Notes under the pieces: generated by a model
Told to the model about the DNA's origin: nothing
Databases searched by the model: none
Seen by the model: only the letters and a program-made list of their open reading frames with translations
Made by a program: the position numbers and the translations under genes
Shown here: one piece after another, positions 1 to 13,900 of the stretch
How positions within the stretch are numbered: the stretch's first letter is position 1
How the letters are laid out: the number at the start of each line of letters is the position of its first letter
DNA from: Pristiophorus japonicus
Lineage: Eukaryota
Assembly: GCF_044704955.1 (NCBI RefSeq)
Contig: NC_091984.1
Coordinates: 145,080,001-145,144,000, forward strand
Length of the DNA: 64,000 bases
Reading direction: 5' to 3'

Positions 1-805
1 GACCACTTTCATGGTGCTGGATATTTCAAATGGGTTCTGGTCCATTCCTTCAAAACGGGAGGACCAGTACAAGTTCGCCTTTACCTTTAAGGGCCAACAA
101 TACACGTGGAACTGTCTTCCCCAAGACTTCCACAACAGCCCCAGCATTTTTCACCAATGTATGGTGAACTGTTTAAAGGGCTTTAGCAGACCCCAGCAGT
201 TGGTGCAGTATGTGGATGACCTGCTCCTGTTCACCGATCAGGGGGAGGAGCATGGCCCACTGCTGGCTGAGCTGCTGGAGCTGCTAAAAGAAGAAGGATT
301 TAAGTAAACCCCAAGAAGGCACAGATCAGCCAGAAGGAAGTCAAATTCCTGGGGCTGACTCCGCGCTGGGGAAAGGGCCATAGATAAGGCTAGAAGGGAG
401 GCAGTACAGGAGTTACTAGCCCCCAACACAGTGACAGGGGTAAGATCCTTTCTCGGACTCACCGGGTACTGCAGAGACTTCATTGAGGATTATGCAGCCA
501 CCGCAGCCCCTCTGCTCAGGCTCCTACACAAGGGTGTAGAGTGGGACTGGGATGAGGGTTGCGAGGCAGCATTTAATCAGCTCAAGAAGGACTTGCAGAC
601 CACGCCAGCCTTAGGAGCGATAGATGTAGGAAAGGAGTTTTCCTGGAGGTGGCAGCCAGCGGGGACAGTTTGAGCTCAGTGCTGCTTCAAGAGCGGCACG
701 GCCAGCTGAGACCGGTGGTTTACTCCTCCAGGATCCTCACAGATGTGGAGAAGGGGTACTCCAACTGTGAGAGACACCTCCTAGCCACACATTGGGAAGT
801 GAAAA

Positions 806-1064
806 TGTCATGTTTGTAACCTCACATAACTGCAACCTTTATGTAACAACATTCTACACTGTATACACCTGAGAAATGCACACCTTGACCACAGGGGGTG
901 AACTTGTGGGAGACACTCCTCACCTGGTCATCCAGGTATATAAAGGGAGGTCCCACGCAGGGTCATCACTTCTTGGTCCTGTGAATAAAGGTACAGGTCA
1001 CAGAGTGACCTTGTCTCCAGTATGTGCCTCGTGTTGATTTGCTGTAATATGTAAGGACACAACA
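806..1064 (+). repeat. 5' LTR of Gypsy A
   Basis: Direct repeat of 5295-5553; contains TATATAAA and AATAAA. Confidence 0.95.
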
Positions 1065-1101
1065 TTTGGCGACGAGAAACGGGAATCAACGACTCAAGAG
1101 A

Positions 1102-4100
1102 ATGGCCACCGGCAGCACGGAGGAATGGTACTGTGTTGGTGAGGACTGGGACGATTTCGTTGAGAGGCTCCAGCAGAGCTTTGTCGCGAAGGACTGGCTG
1201 GGAGCGGCAGCGGCTGACAAGCGAAGGGCACATCTACTGACCAGCTGTGGACCTAGGACGTACACGCTGATGAAAGACCAGCTCACCCCCGAGAAGCCGG
1301 TGGACAAGACCTTCGAGGAGCTCAGTAAACTGATCGGTGAGCACCTCAAACCGGTGAGTAGTATACACATGGCCCGACACCGATTCTATACGCACCGATG
1401 TTGGGAAGGGCAGAGCATACCGGACTTCGTCGCGGACCTTCGGCGCTTGGCCAGCCTCTGTAAGTTCACAGAGCGGGGAGATGTTACGGGATTTCTACAT
1501 TGAGGGCATTGGTCATGCCAGGATTTTTAGGAAGCTAATTGAGATCAAGGACTTGACCTTGGAAGCGCTGGCGTTGATGGCTCAAACCATCATGGTGGCC
1601 GAGGAGCCAAGATCATATACACGCGCAACTCTGCTCCCAACGTGGCGATGGAGCAGGGAGTAAACGCGACTCAGGACCCCACAGGAAGGCAAGGGCAATT
1701 CAACACCAACCAGGCAGTAAACAGACTCTAGAGTGGGTCCACAATAGAGCCAATGGCAGGTTGAACGGACATTTACACCATCACAAGCGACATTACGTCC
1801 CGGGATGGGACCACTGACACCTACAAACAGATTCCTCAAGAGTAATCAAAGAGACAATCAGAGTGGAATGCCTGGTAACAGCTCTTTTGTTCACAACAAT
1901 CTCAGCTCAAGCTGGAGGTGCGCGGGCAGACATGCTGCGAAGACCTGCAGGTTTCAGCAATTTACCTACAGAAATTGAAACTTGAGTGGACATTTAGCCA
2001 GGATGTGCAGGAAGCCCGCAGCGAGGCTGGTTTACGAAGTGGATGAACCACAGAGGGGTCTGCAAGGCAGGGGTATGCCTGGGACACAGCAATGAACGCT
2101 GAAGGTCAGCGGGTCCAGGTGGCAAACATCCACAGCTCATACACAAAAACGCCCCCTATGATGATGAGAGTACTGTTAAACAGCATCCCGGTACGCATGC
2201 AGCTAGACACAGGGGCCAGCCAATCACTTATGAGTGTCCAACAATTCGAGAAACTGTGGCCACTCAGAGCTAGCAGACCCAAACTAAAATGCATTGACAC
2301 ACAATTACGGACGTATACCAAAGAGATCATCCCAGTGCTAGGCAGTGCAATGTTAGTGGTCACACATAATGGATCTCAGAACCAGCTGCCACTCTGGATT
2401 GTCCCAGGAAATGAAATGGTCCCGCGCTTTTGGGGAGGAACTGGCTAGCCGAGATGAACTGGAAATGGGGGGGATGTGCATGCCATTTCATCTGTGGAGC
2501 GAGGTTCATTCTCACAGGTCCTACAAAAGTTCGAGTCATTATTTCAACCTGGAGTCGGGACTTTCACAGGCACCAAAGTAGTGATACGCATCACCCCGGA
2601 CGCCAGACCAGTGCACCACAAAGCCAGAGCTGTGCCGTATGTGATGCGGGAGAAAATTGAGAGTGAGTTGGACAGGTTTCTAAGAGACGGCATGATTTCG
2701 CCTGTTGAATTCAGTGACTGGGCAAGCCCCATCGTCCCTGTTCTAAAAACGGTTGGCTCGGTCAGGATCTGTGCCGACTACAAGGCCACCATCAACCGAG
2801 TGTCCCTTCAAGACCAATACCCGCTTCCGAGAGCAGAGGATCTTTTTGCCACGCTGGCAGGCGGCAAGCTGTTCACCAAGTTGGACCTCACTTCGGCCTA
2901 CATGACCCAGGAACTGGCCGAAGACTCCAAGCTAATGACCACCATCACCATGCACAAAGGGCTGTTTGTCTACAATAGGTGTCCATTTGGCATTCGTTCA
3001 GCAGCCGCTATCTTTCAAAGGAACATGGAAAGCCTGCTCAAATCCATCCCTGGAACAATCGTATTTCAGAACGACATCCTTATCACGGGTCGAGACACCG
3101 AGGAACACCTCCACAACCTGGAGGAGGTGCTACGCTGACTGGACCGCGTAGGCCTGCGACTAAAGAAGTCCAAGTGTGTGTTTTTTGCCCCAGAGGTCGA
3201 GTTTTTGGGCAGGTGGGTTGCGGCAGACGGGATCTGGCCCACCGATTCCAAAATGGAGGCGATCCGTCGCGCGCCCAGGCCCGGCAACACATCAGAGTTG
3301 CGTTCATTTCTGGGACTATTGAACGATTTCGGGAACTTTCTACTGAACTTAAGTACATTGTTGGAGCCGCTACACGTGCTCCTGCGTTAGGGTTGCGATT
3401 GGTTTTGGGGGGACTGTCAGGAACGGGCTTTCAATCGGGTGCGGAACCTGCTTTGTTCAAATAAGTTATTGACCCTGTACGACCCCTGTAAGAAATTGGT
3501 TTTGACATGCGATGCATTATCCTATGGGGTTGGGTGCGTGTTGCACAGAGGAATGATGAGGGCCGACTCTAACCTGTGGCTTATGCCTCCCAAGCAGAAA
3601 GGGCATAAGGGATGATTGAAAAGAAAGCATTTGCATGTGTCTACGGGGTGAAAAAGATGCACCAGTACCGTTTTAGCAGAAGGTTTGAGTTAGAAATGGA
3701 CCACAAGCCGTTAAAATCCCTGTTGTCCGACAGCAAAGCTGTCAATGCCAATGCGTCAGCTCGCATACAGCAATGGGCTCTCACGCTGGCTGCATATGAC
3801 TACACCATACGGCACCGGCCAAGCACCAAATATTGCACTGAGGCGCTCAGCAGGCTTCCACTGGCCACCACTGAGGGGGCAGCGGGGCAAAGCACAGAGG
3901 TAGTCATGGCTGTCAATGCCTTTGACAGTGCAGGCTCCCCCATCACAGCCCACCAGATCAAAACCTGGATGAACAGAGATCCCCTCCTATCCCTGATTAA
4001 GAAGTGTGTCCTGACTGGGGATTGGGCGCTCGCACACGGAGCATGCCCTGAAGGGGTCAAACCATTTCACAGATGGATGGATGAACTCTCCATCCAAGCT

Positions 4101-5270
4101 GACTGCCTACTATGGGGCAGCTGGGTAGTCATGCCCCAGAGGGGTTGGGAAGCATTCATCAGGGAACTCCACAGCAAGCACCCAGGCATCCTGCTCATGA
4201 AGGCCATTGCCCGGTCACATGTATGGTAGCTGGGAATTGATGCAGACCTGGAACACTGTGTTCGCAGGTGCACGACGTGTGCCCAGCTGGGCAATGCCCC
4301 CAGGGAGGCCCCATTCAGCCCGTGGCCCTGGCCCACCAAGCCATGGTCACGTATTCACGGAGATTACGCTGGCCCGTTCATGGGAAAAATGTTACTCATT
4401 GTTGTTGATGCGTACTGGAAATGGATCGAGTGCATCATATTGAATTCGTGCACAACATCTGCTACAGTGGAGAGTCTGCATGTGGTCTTTGCGATCCACA
4501 ACTTGCTGAACATCCTAGTTAGCGACAACGGCCCGTGTTTCACTAGCTAAGAATTCCGGGAGCTCATGTCGGGTAATGGCATCAAACATGTCAGGACAGC
4601 GCCGTTCAAGCCGGCTGCCAATGGCCAGGCGGAACGTGCAGTCCAAATCATAAAGCAAGGCATGTTCCGGATTCAAGGACCCTCACTTCAATACCATCTA
4701 TCGCGCCTCCTGCTGGCCACCAGGTCCTGACCGCACTCGCTCACGGGAGTCCCGCCAGCAGAACTACTGATGAAACCCACAGTAAAAACTCGGCTGTCCC
4801 TCATTCATCCAGTCTTGTCAGACATTGTTGAGGGCAAGCGCCAGGCCCAAAATGAGTGCCATGACCGTAACTCAAAGGGGAGATGGATAGAAATTGATGA
4901 CCCTGCATTTTTTCTTAATCACGCTGTGGGGCCCAAGTGGCTCGAGTTTACTATAATTGGTAAAGAGGGGAATAGGGCCATAGTGGTCAGACGCAACAAT
5001 GGACAGATATGCCGCAAGCATCTGGACCAAGTAAAAAAAAGGTTCAGCATGGACACTGAGGAACCTGAGGAAAATCATGAGATGCTGCCCACACCACTGC
5101 CAGTGAATGAGCAACAGGAACCGTCAGCAGCATGCACAGTCCCTGCGGTCAGCCCAGACAAGCCGGAATCACCACAGGCGACAAAGACGGATGCCAAGGC
5201 TCAACAGCCAGAGCCCCAACTGCGGCGCTCCACGAGAGAGCGTCGACCGCCTGAAAGACTCAATCTTTGA
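1102..5270 (+). pseudogene. Disrupted gag-pol of Gypsy A
   Basis: gag EDWDDFVERL...RRLASLCKF; protease MQLDTGASQSL; RT KLDLTSAY...PFGIRSAAAIFQ...FQNDIL; RNase H ELEMDHKPL; integrase ELHSKHPG...RRSTRERRPPERLNL; broken by stops and frameshifts. Confidence 0.9.
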
Positions 5271-5294
5271 CCCAAAGACGCTGGAGGGAGGTGA

Positions 5295-5553
5295 TGTCAT
5301 GTTTGTAACCTTCACATAACTGTAACCTTTATGTAACAACACTGCACACTGAATACACCTGAGAAATGCACACCTTGACCACAGGGGTGAACTTGTGGGA
5401 GACACTCCTCACCTGGTCATCCAGGTATATAAAGGGAGGTTCCACGCAGGGTCATCACTTCTTGGTTCTGTGAATAAAGGTACAGGTCACAGAGAGACCT
5501 TGTCTCCAGTATGTGCCTCGTGTTGATTTGCTGTAGTGTGTAAGGACACAACA
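5295..5553 (+). repeat. 3' LTR of Gypsy A
   Basis: Direct repeat of 806-1064; about 10 substitutions and 2 single-base indels by manual alignment. Confidence 0.95.
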
Positions 5554-8270
5554 GAAAAGATCCTTGATCTTCACGGGAAGGTCTCCTCCAACACTCCTAA
5601 CCCACCACACACCTACTCAGATGCTCCTAGATGGGAGGATTAAGGACAGGACAGTGAGCAGCCAACCTAGTCTACCCAATGAAAGCCCACAGGTGCTCCA
5701 TAGAAGGGGTATGGGAGGTGAACATTGGCCATCTGTAGGTTACACCCTACAAGCCGGGACATCTACATGGACAGGTCCAGCACGGTATCTGCTGGCGAGC
5801 GACTCACAGGGTGAGGAATCTATGACCCAAGGGCAGGTATTGCCCTGACAATCAAGCTCCCCAGCACCATGAGCGCCCAGCTGCTGAACTGTCTGCCATA
5901 ATGTACGTGGTGACCCACCCCGAGGAATTCCCTACCCCGTACATGATTTGCTCGGACAGTATGTTCACCTGCAATTCGTGTACGGAGTACCTGGCTATCT
6001 GGTCCCATCGCGGATACACGTCCGCTGACGGGAGACCCCTGGCAATCAAGACCCTGCTGGAGAAAATCATGACAGCACTGGGGGAAGAGGGAAAGGCCCA
6101 GTCAAAAACCGAACCCCGTGCAGAGGGAAACCAACAGGCTGAGAAACTGCCAAAGAAGGTGCCCACACGGGAAAGTTCTGGGACGCCTATGACACCGGCC
6201 GCATAGCAGTGGTGAGTACAGGGATAGCTTTGGCCCCGGACTTAAAAACAGTTCAGGCACAGGACCCGGTCTGAAAGCTGTCCTGAATGCGCTAGCTAGA
6301 GGAGAGAGAGTAGAAGGTCCGTACGGCACAGCAGCCATTACCATTAAGGAAGGCATGCTGTTTAAAGAGGGACAATGGGTCGTGCTGCAGCAGCACCAGA
6401 GGGAATTCCTAAAACTGGCCCATGAGAGTCCAGGAGTAGGACACCCCGGGCCTGAGACCACCTGGCAACGGGTGGAACAGGCAGGATGGTGGCTGGGACT
6501 CAGGGAGGACGTCCGCGAGTTCTGTGCGAACTGCCTGGTGTGTGCTGCGAACAACCCTGACCCCCAGAAAAGGAAGGTGTCCCTAGGACACGTCAGGAGG
6601 GTAGAGGGACCAAGGCAGTCACTTCGGGACGACACCGGGCCCCTAACCCACCGCCCAGGGAGGCTACTAATACTGCCTAGTCCTGGTGGACGTGTTCTCA
6701 AAATAGGTTGAAGCCTTCCCCTGCCGAACAGCCACCGCACTAGGGACAGCTAAGATTCTAGTGAGGAAAGTGTTCTCCCAGTGGGGACTCCCACAGTATG
6801 TGGAGTCGGACCAGGGGAGTCATTTCACCGGGCAGGTAATGTAGGCAACCCTTAAGGTGCTCAGCATTGAGGGGAAATGGCACGCTGCCCACAATCCACA
6901 GTCATCGGGTATTGTGGAGCGTTTAAACCGCACCATTAAAGAAAGGAGATGGGAAACTCACCCCAAAAGTGGGTAGAGGTCTTACCGTTGGACCTAATGG
7001 GGATCCGAGCCAGCCAGTCAACGAGCACGGGGTATTCCCCATACGAGCTCATGACTGGCCGGATCATGCAGACCCCCACCCATGTCCTAGCCCCGGTGCT
7101 CACAGAAGGTCAGCTCAGAGAGGTTTGTCAGGAACCTGTTTGAACACCTCAAACAGATTCACTGGCAGGCTGCAAGTAACATGGGCAGACAGCATCGTAG
7201 TAACCGATTGCTGCTAGAACCCAGCAAACACCACGAATGGGAGATAGGGGACCAGGTCATGGTGAGGAACTATGCTCGGGAAGGGGTTTTTGAAGCATTA
7301 TATATGGGGCCATACAGCATTGTCGACAAGGCAAGCCCGATGGTCTATGCCATAAAGCTGCCCCACCGTACTAAGTGGTTCCACATCAACCAGTGCAAGC
7401 TTTACAACCCAGGGTCAGCCAAGTACAGAGGGCAGCCGGGAGGGGTGAACTGTCCTCAGGACAGGGACCCTCCCCGACGGCGGAGGGCCCACAGAAAATG
7501 TGGCAAGCTCAGAAACCATGCCTATAGAGGCGGTGAATTGCACTACTGGGGGGGCTGTTTCACCCATCGTTTGGGATTCGGACGCACTCCGAGTAACCCA
7601 AGCCCTGAGAAGGACCCTCCGTACACCACGGCCAAAAATACCATGGTGTACGGCATCTGAGCCTCAGCGATTCTACCCTCGGAGAAGGGTAGCCCGACAG
7701 GGAAGGCCAAAGGTCAGAAGTACAGAGGCCGCTCAGAGTAGGGACCACCAGCCAGCCGCCTCCAGAGATGAGGGTCTCACAGGAGCAGTAGCAACAAGCT
7801 GTCCCAGAGACAGGGTCTCCAGCTCACCGGCTGCGGGGAAACCCTAGCATCCAGGCGGCTATCAGGCCGCACAAGGCATGGACCTGACAGGGACTAACCA
7901 GGCCACCCGGAGACGGGTGGCGGTTGTACATAGCTCTAATATTTAGTTTCAGGTAGCTGACTGCACCGTTTTACATTTTAAGTTTAGTTTAGAATTAAGG
8001 TTAATGTTGCAGTAATGTTTAGGTGATTATTTTGAGTTTGTCTTGTGTGTCAGCCAGCCTGAGAGCAGTTCTCAAGGGCAGGATCCAGACATTATCGGGT
8101 GATGGACAAACCTCAGGAGACCAATTGATGTTGTTTAAGTTTAATCTATGTTCTTCCTTCTGTAATGTGGTTGTACGTTGCCTACATGCTGGCAAATATA
8201 ATGTAGTTGAAATGAAATGTAACTGCTGAAATGCAATTGTAGTGATGGAACCCCCTCCAAGCTGGGAGAG

Positions 8271-10057
8271 TGTAAATGTAAAAAGTTTGTACCTGTAAAG
8301 GGAAAAGTGTGTATCTATGGTGATGTTGCATAATTGTAATGTATATTTTGGGAACAGTTTAGTTAATCTACGTGGAAGGTTGTCTCTTGGGAGTCAGGAA
8401 CTTTGCTCACCTAGAAGATGGTATCATAAGTGGTATGGTATCACAGCGGGTGAGTGTAGAATTTACCAATATTTCGCAAAGATTCCTTGTACCTTTCCCC
8501 TGCAGAGGAGAAGAATCCCTTTCTGGACTTTTAAAATGGAAGGAAAAACCTCGGGACATAAATGAGTTTAAAAGGCAGACGAGGCCTGCAGGGGATAAAA
8601 GGGGGTACATTCATGGAGACCCCTCCCCCCGCCCCCTAGTGTTTGGACTCATAGGAAAGGGAATTTAATTTGGAACTCGATGAACATTTTGGTATCTTCG
8701 GAAAAACTCTGAGGAAGATACCTAAGAGCTTTATAAGTTTAAGATCTCTAAAGAAGCATGTTGGAAGAGACTGCCAGAACAGAGGGTGGGACTTCACTCA
8801 GGAATTGGGTCTTCAATTTGTCTGGGAGAATGAGTCGATCGATAACTAACAAGAACTGTGAGACATAAAAATTCACTCCCTAGTGAGAATAAACGCATCA
8901 AGAGCTATCAGGCTAATCACCGGAGACCATTAGTGGCATGCATGTGCAAATAGACCGATAGAATTCATGGGCCCAGCCCAACGGCCCAAGAATTTAAACA
9001 CTGCTCCAACAATGCCAACCGGTGATTTTCCACATTAACACATTACTGCTGAACAAACCTGACAAATTCTGACAAAGAAGAGAGCTCAAAACTAATGAGC
9101 AGCTCTCTTGAAACAAAGAGCTGGGCCAGATTTGGTGGGAGATAAGGAAGCCTTTTTGGGGTATATCCATTCCCAGTTTTACAAGGAAAAGAACACAAGC
9201 AGCAGGAGGTGGGGAGTGAAGAAATGGAGTAGTGGAGAAAACTACAAGAAATCATCAAGGACCGACCGAGCATGCTGACAGCAAGAGGCCCATGAAATGG
9301 AAGGTTATCAGCAACCAAATTGACAACCCGGGCCACCACAACCAGCGAAACGACCAACTGCAACCAACTCAGCAAAAACCGAAGAATCGACATTTATTTC
9401 CACTCTACAATCTACTTCTGAATGACCAACGGGTGAGAAATTACTTAAAAGGACTAATGAAAACTATTCCGAACCAAAGAAAGTGGATACTTACCCCATA
9501 CATCCAAAACGCAATTTACCGCATCAATGGACTCACCCCAACTGAAGACTATGCAGTCCGAAGTCCTCTCCTCTGTCCGGGGTGCGGCTCGCCTAGAAGG
9601 CCAAGTGCAGCGAACCCCACAACCGTGATTCACCGGCAACTGTGAAAAGGATTGGTGAGCATAGCCCCTGAACCCTCAGAGCTTTAACTTAGTTAGTTAG
9701 GCGAATTGGGAGGGGGGAGGCTGGGATAACTTGTGTAAATGTATCTGCATTCTCCTCTTTACCCCATGTATTCTTTTCCCCAAAGGCCGTATGTTGACAA
9801 TTTATTCAATATGTTGTACCCCTCAGGGTGTATTGGTATTACTATTCTGTGTGTGTTATTAAAGGTATGGCCTTTTACTTACTTTTAGACACAATAAAGC
9901 CATACCTGCTTCCTACCTTGAAACCGATTGTCTGTCCAAGTCTGTCACAGTCCCTTCATAATTCCAGAGTCGAGAACCAAGGGTGTGGGAGTGGTTCGAA
10001 ACCGCTCATATAAGGTCAGAAGGGAAAGCTGACCCCCCGCAAAAACCACCCCTTACA
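8271..10057 (+). repeat. Putative long (~1.8 kb) 3' LTR of the outer retrovirus-like element
   Basis: Purine tract GGGAGAG (8264-8270) then TGTAA; AATAAA at 9893-9898; ends ...CCCCTTACA at 10057 (TGTAA/TTACA inverted termini). No second copy in the window to confirm the boundaries. Confidence 0.45.
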
Positions 10058-10509
10058 TAATACTCAATGTATCAAGACAGGAACATTGTAAACATTGATT
10101 GTGACATCATGCACTCACAACCTCGCCATAGTATGCACAATGTGAGCACCAGACCCGAGGACAGAACCCAAGGAGATGTGTCCAGGACAATGATCAATGT
10201 AAAGCCAAAGCTGAATGTTATCAGGGCTGCTTTGCCGATGATTGCCCTGTGATCGCGGGCACCAGCAGCACACACACCTCTTGTGGGTACAGTCGTGTCG
10301 TGGTTATGTTGCTGCAGAGCACTCCACAGGCCTGCACTAATAATCCCCACAATCTCACCATGGCCCTTTGACTATTTCAATTCAGCTCTTTTTTAAATTC
10401 TGGAAATAAAAAGCTGGTATCAGTAAAAGTGACCACAAAGCTGTCAAATTGTCACAAAAGCCCAATTGGTTCAGTGACGTCCTTTAGGGAAGGAAACCTG
10501 CCGTCCTTG

Positions 10510-10925
10510 CCACATAAAAGGTTACTGCCCAAGATAAGAGCTCACGGGGTTGGGGGTAATATATTAGCATGGATAGAGGATTGGCTAACTAACAGCAAAC
10601 AGAGAGTCAGGATAAATGGGTCATTTTCAGATCGGCAAACTGTAATTAGTGGGGTGCCGTAGGGATCAGTGCTGGGGCCTCAACTATTTACAACCTATAT
10701 TAATGACTTGGATTGAGGGAGCAACTGCAATGTAACCAAATTTGCTGATGTACAAAGATAGATGGGAAAGCAAGTTGTGAGGAGGACGCAAAGATTCTGC
10801 AAATGGAGATAGGGGTCAAAGATTTAGCAGATGGAATATAATGTAGGAAAATGTGAAGTTATCCACTTTGGTCGGAAAATTAAAAATTATTTAAATGGGG
10901 AGAGATTACAATATGCTGTGGTACA
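10510..10925 (+). mobile_element. CR1 LINE RT fragment
   Basis: PHKRLLPKIRAHGVGGNILAWIEDWL...SGVP; MEYNVGKCEVIHFG. Confidence 0.85.
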
Positions 10926-10992
10926 GTTCATTGATATCTTCCTGCAGTCTACTGCTTTCTTCTTCATCATCAACCACACAGCCGTAATATGT

Positions 10993-13900
10993 TGTTATAT
11001 ATGTATACCTGTAAATACCTTGTTAACCACCACAGGGCTCATCCCCTGGTGTCCCAAGGGATCCCTTGGGAGCACCTGTACTTAAGGAGGCCTCACAGGC
11101 TGGAGAGGCACTCTGGAGACCTGCAATGAAAGACTAAGGTCACACTTTACTTTGAGCTCACAGTATCTGGTCAGACTCTTTATTCATACACTACAACAGC
11201 GAACGAACCCACCCGCAATGATGCAGAGAACAGTGGGCATCCTGGAGAAATATTTGGAAGGAGATGATTGGTAAACCTTCGTGGAGTGACTCGACCAATA
11301 CTTCGTGGCCAACGAGCTGGAAGGAGAAGCGAACGCTGCCAAACGAAGGGCGATTCTCCTTACTGTTTGCGGGCACCAACATATGGCCTCATGAAAAATC
11401 TGCTTGCTCCAGTGAAACCCACAGAGAAATCATATAAAGATTTGTGCACACTGATCCTGGAGCATCTTAACCCGAAGGAAAGCGTTCTGATGGTGAGGTA
11501 CCGGTTCTACACGTGCCAAGAGGTCTGAAGGCCAGGGAGTGGAGAGCTGTGTCGCCGAGCTAAGACGCCTTGCAGGACATTGCGAATTTGAAGGACATTT
11601 GGAGCACATGCTCAGGGACTTCTTTGTACTTGCCATTGGCCATGAAGTATTACTTTGCAAACTTTTTACTGGAGAGACCCCAAACTTGAGTAAAGCCATA
11701 GCGATAGCACAGGCGTTCATCGCCACCAGTGACAATAACAAACAAATCTCTCAGCACTCGAGTGCTGCTACAAGTACTGTGAATATAGTAATGTTGTTTT
11801 TGAATGATAACGTACAGGGCAGGCCTCACATGCCTGCAGCTGCACATCCGCAGATGTCTCAGAGTCCACCATCAAGGATGATGAATGCAAGGCCATTAAC
11901 ACCTTGTTGGCGCTGCGGGGTTTATCATTGTTTCCATTCATACCGCTTCAAAGGATACGTTTGCAAGAGCTGTGGAACAATGGGACATTCCAACATATGT
12001 GCAGGTGAGCTGCAAACCCTGCTAATCCTGCAAACCACCATGTTGCAGAGAGGACAGATCCACGGCAGATCACGACAAACCAGAGCCTCAGACACAGGAG
12101 GCAGAGGTATATGGGGTGCACACATTTACCATAAAGTTTCCCCCGATTATGCTGAAGGTTGAATTAAATGGACTCCTGGTGTCAATGGAGCTGGACACGG
12201 GCATGAGCCAGTCCATTATGAGCAAAAAGACTTTCGATAAATTGTGATGCAGCAAGGCTTTAAGGCCAATCCTGACTCCCATTCGCACTAAACTGAGAAC
12301 TTATACAAAGCAACTGATTCCCGTAATCGGCAGTGCTGCTGTAAAGGTCTCCGACGATGGAGCGGTGCACAAGTTGTCACTCTGGGTGGTATCGGGCGAT
12401 GGCCCATGCTGCTCGGCAGGAGCTGGCTGGGGAAGATACGCTGGAACTGGGATGACGTCCGAGTGCTCTCGCCCGTCGACGACACTTCATGTGCCCAGGT
12501 CCTAAACAAGTTCTCCTCGCTGTTCGAACCAGGTATCAGGAAGTTCCAAGGAGCAAAAGTGCAGATCCACCTAATTCCGGGGGCGTAACCCATCCATCAC
12601 AAGGCGAGGGCAGTACCATACATGATGAGAGAGAGGGTGGAGATCAAGCTGGACAGGCTGCAACGAGAGGGCATCATTTCATCGATCGAATTCAATAAGT
12701 GGGTCAGTTCAATTGTTCCAGTCCTCAAGGGAGACGGCACCGTCAAAATCTGTGGTGATTACAAAGTAACTATCAATTGTTCCTCCCTGCAGGTTCAATA
12801 GCCGCTACCAAAGGCAGATGACCTTTTTGCGACACTGGCGGGAGGAAAGACATTCACAAAGCTGGACTTGACCTTAGCCTACATTATGCAGGAGCTGGAG
12901 GAATAATCGAAGGGCCTCACCTGCATCAACATGAACAAAGGTCTCTTCATTTACAACAGATGCTTGTTTGGGATTCGATCAGCCGCGGCGATATTCGAGA
13001 GAAACATGAAAGCTTACTGAAGCCAGTCCCACACACCGTGCTCTTCCAGGACAACATCTTGGTCACAGGTCGGGACACAGTCGAACATCTGAAGAACCTG
13101 GAGGAGGTTCTTAGTCGGCTTAATTGCGTGCGACCCGGGTTTAAATGCTCGAAGTGAGTTTTCCTTGCGCCTGAAGTGGAATTACTGAGAAGAATCGCGG
13201 CGGACAGCATCAGGCACACCAACGCGAAGATGGAGGCAATCGAGAACGCATCAAGGCCACAGAACGTGACAGAGCTGTGGTCGTTTCTAGGACTCCTGAA
13301 GTAATTTTGTAACTTCTTACCGGGTCTCAGCACACTGTTAGAACCACTGCTTGCTTTACTGCGTAAAGGAGGCGAATGGGTATGGGGCAAAAGCCAAGAA
13401 AATGCCTTTGTAAAACTTAGAAAACTGTTACAACACAAGCAATTTGTTTGAGCATATGATCCATGTAAGTGTTTGGTATTCGCATGCGATGCATCGTCAT
13501 ACGGTGTCGGTGTGTATTGCAACAAGTTATGAATCTGGGAAAATTACAACCGGTTGCTTATGAATCCAGAAGTCTGTCTAAGGCTGAGAGGGCCTACAGC
13601 ATGACTGAAAAAGAAGCGTTAGCGTGTGTTTATGCGGGAAAGAAAATGCATCAATATCTGTTTGGGCTCAGATTTGAATTGGAAACTGACCATAAGGCAC
13701 TGATATCCCTCTTTTCTGAAAGTAAGGGGATAAATACGAATACATCGGCCCACATCCAGAGATGGGCACTCACGTTGTCCACATACAACTACGCCATCCG
13801 CCACAGGCCAGGCACAAAAAACTGTGCCGATGCTCTCAGTAGGCTGCCATTGCCCACCACAGGGGTGGAAATGGCACAGCTGCAGATTTAGCTATGGTAA

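Larger units (their letters stand above)
806..5553 (+). mobile_element. Full-length, coding-defective Ty3/Gypsy LTR retrotransposon (element A, Mag-like)
   Basis: 259-bp LTRs 806-1064 and 5295-5553 (TG...CA), 5-bp TSD GAAAA (801-805, 5554-5558), PBS-like TGGCGACGAG after the 5' LTR, PPT GGAGGGAGG before the 3' LTR; internal gag, protease LDTGA, RT, RNase H, integrase. Confidence 0.96.
1..10057 (+). mobile_element. Decayed retrovirus-like LTR element (spuma/Loki-like pol: RT, tether, RNase H, integrase), running off the window edge and interrupted by a Gypsy at 806-5553
   Basis: RT motifs LDISNGFWSIP...LPQDFHNSPSIF...YVDDLLL (11-307); FLGLTGYCRDFI and first RH-like domain (431-800) resuming at 5559; second RNase H (SAQ.AEL, ICSDS, GNQQAEKL, ~5850-6170); integrase zinc finger AHESPGVGH...CANCLVC (6355-6560), core and GPY tail (7181-7410). 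Many stops and frameshifts. Confidence 0.8.
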
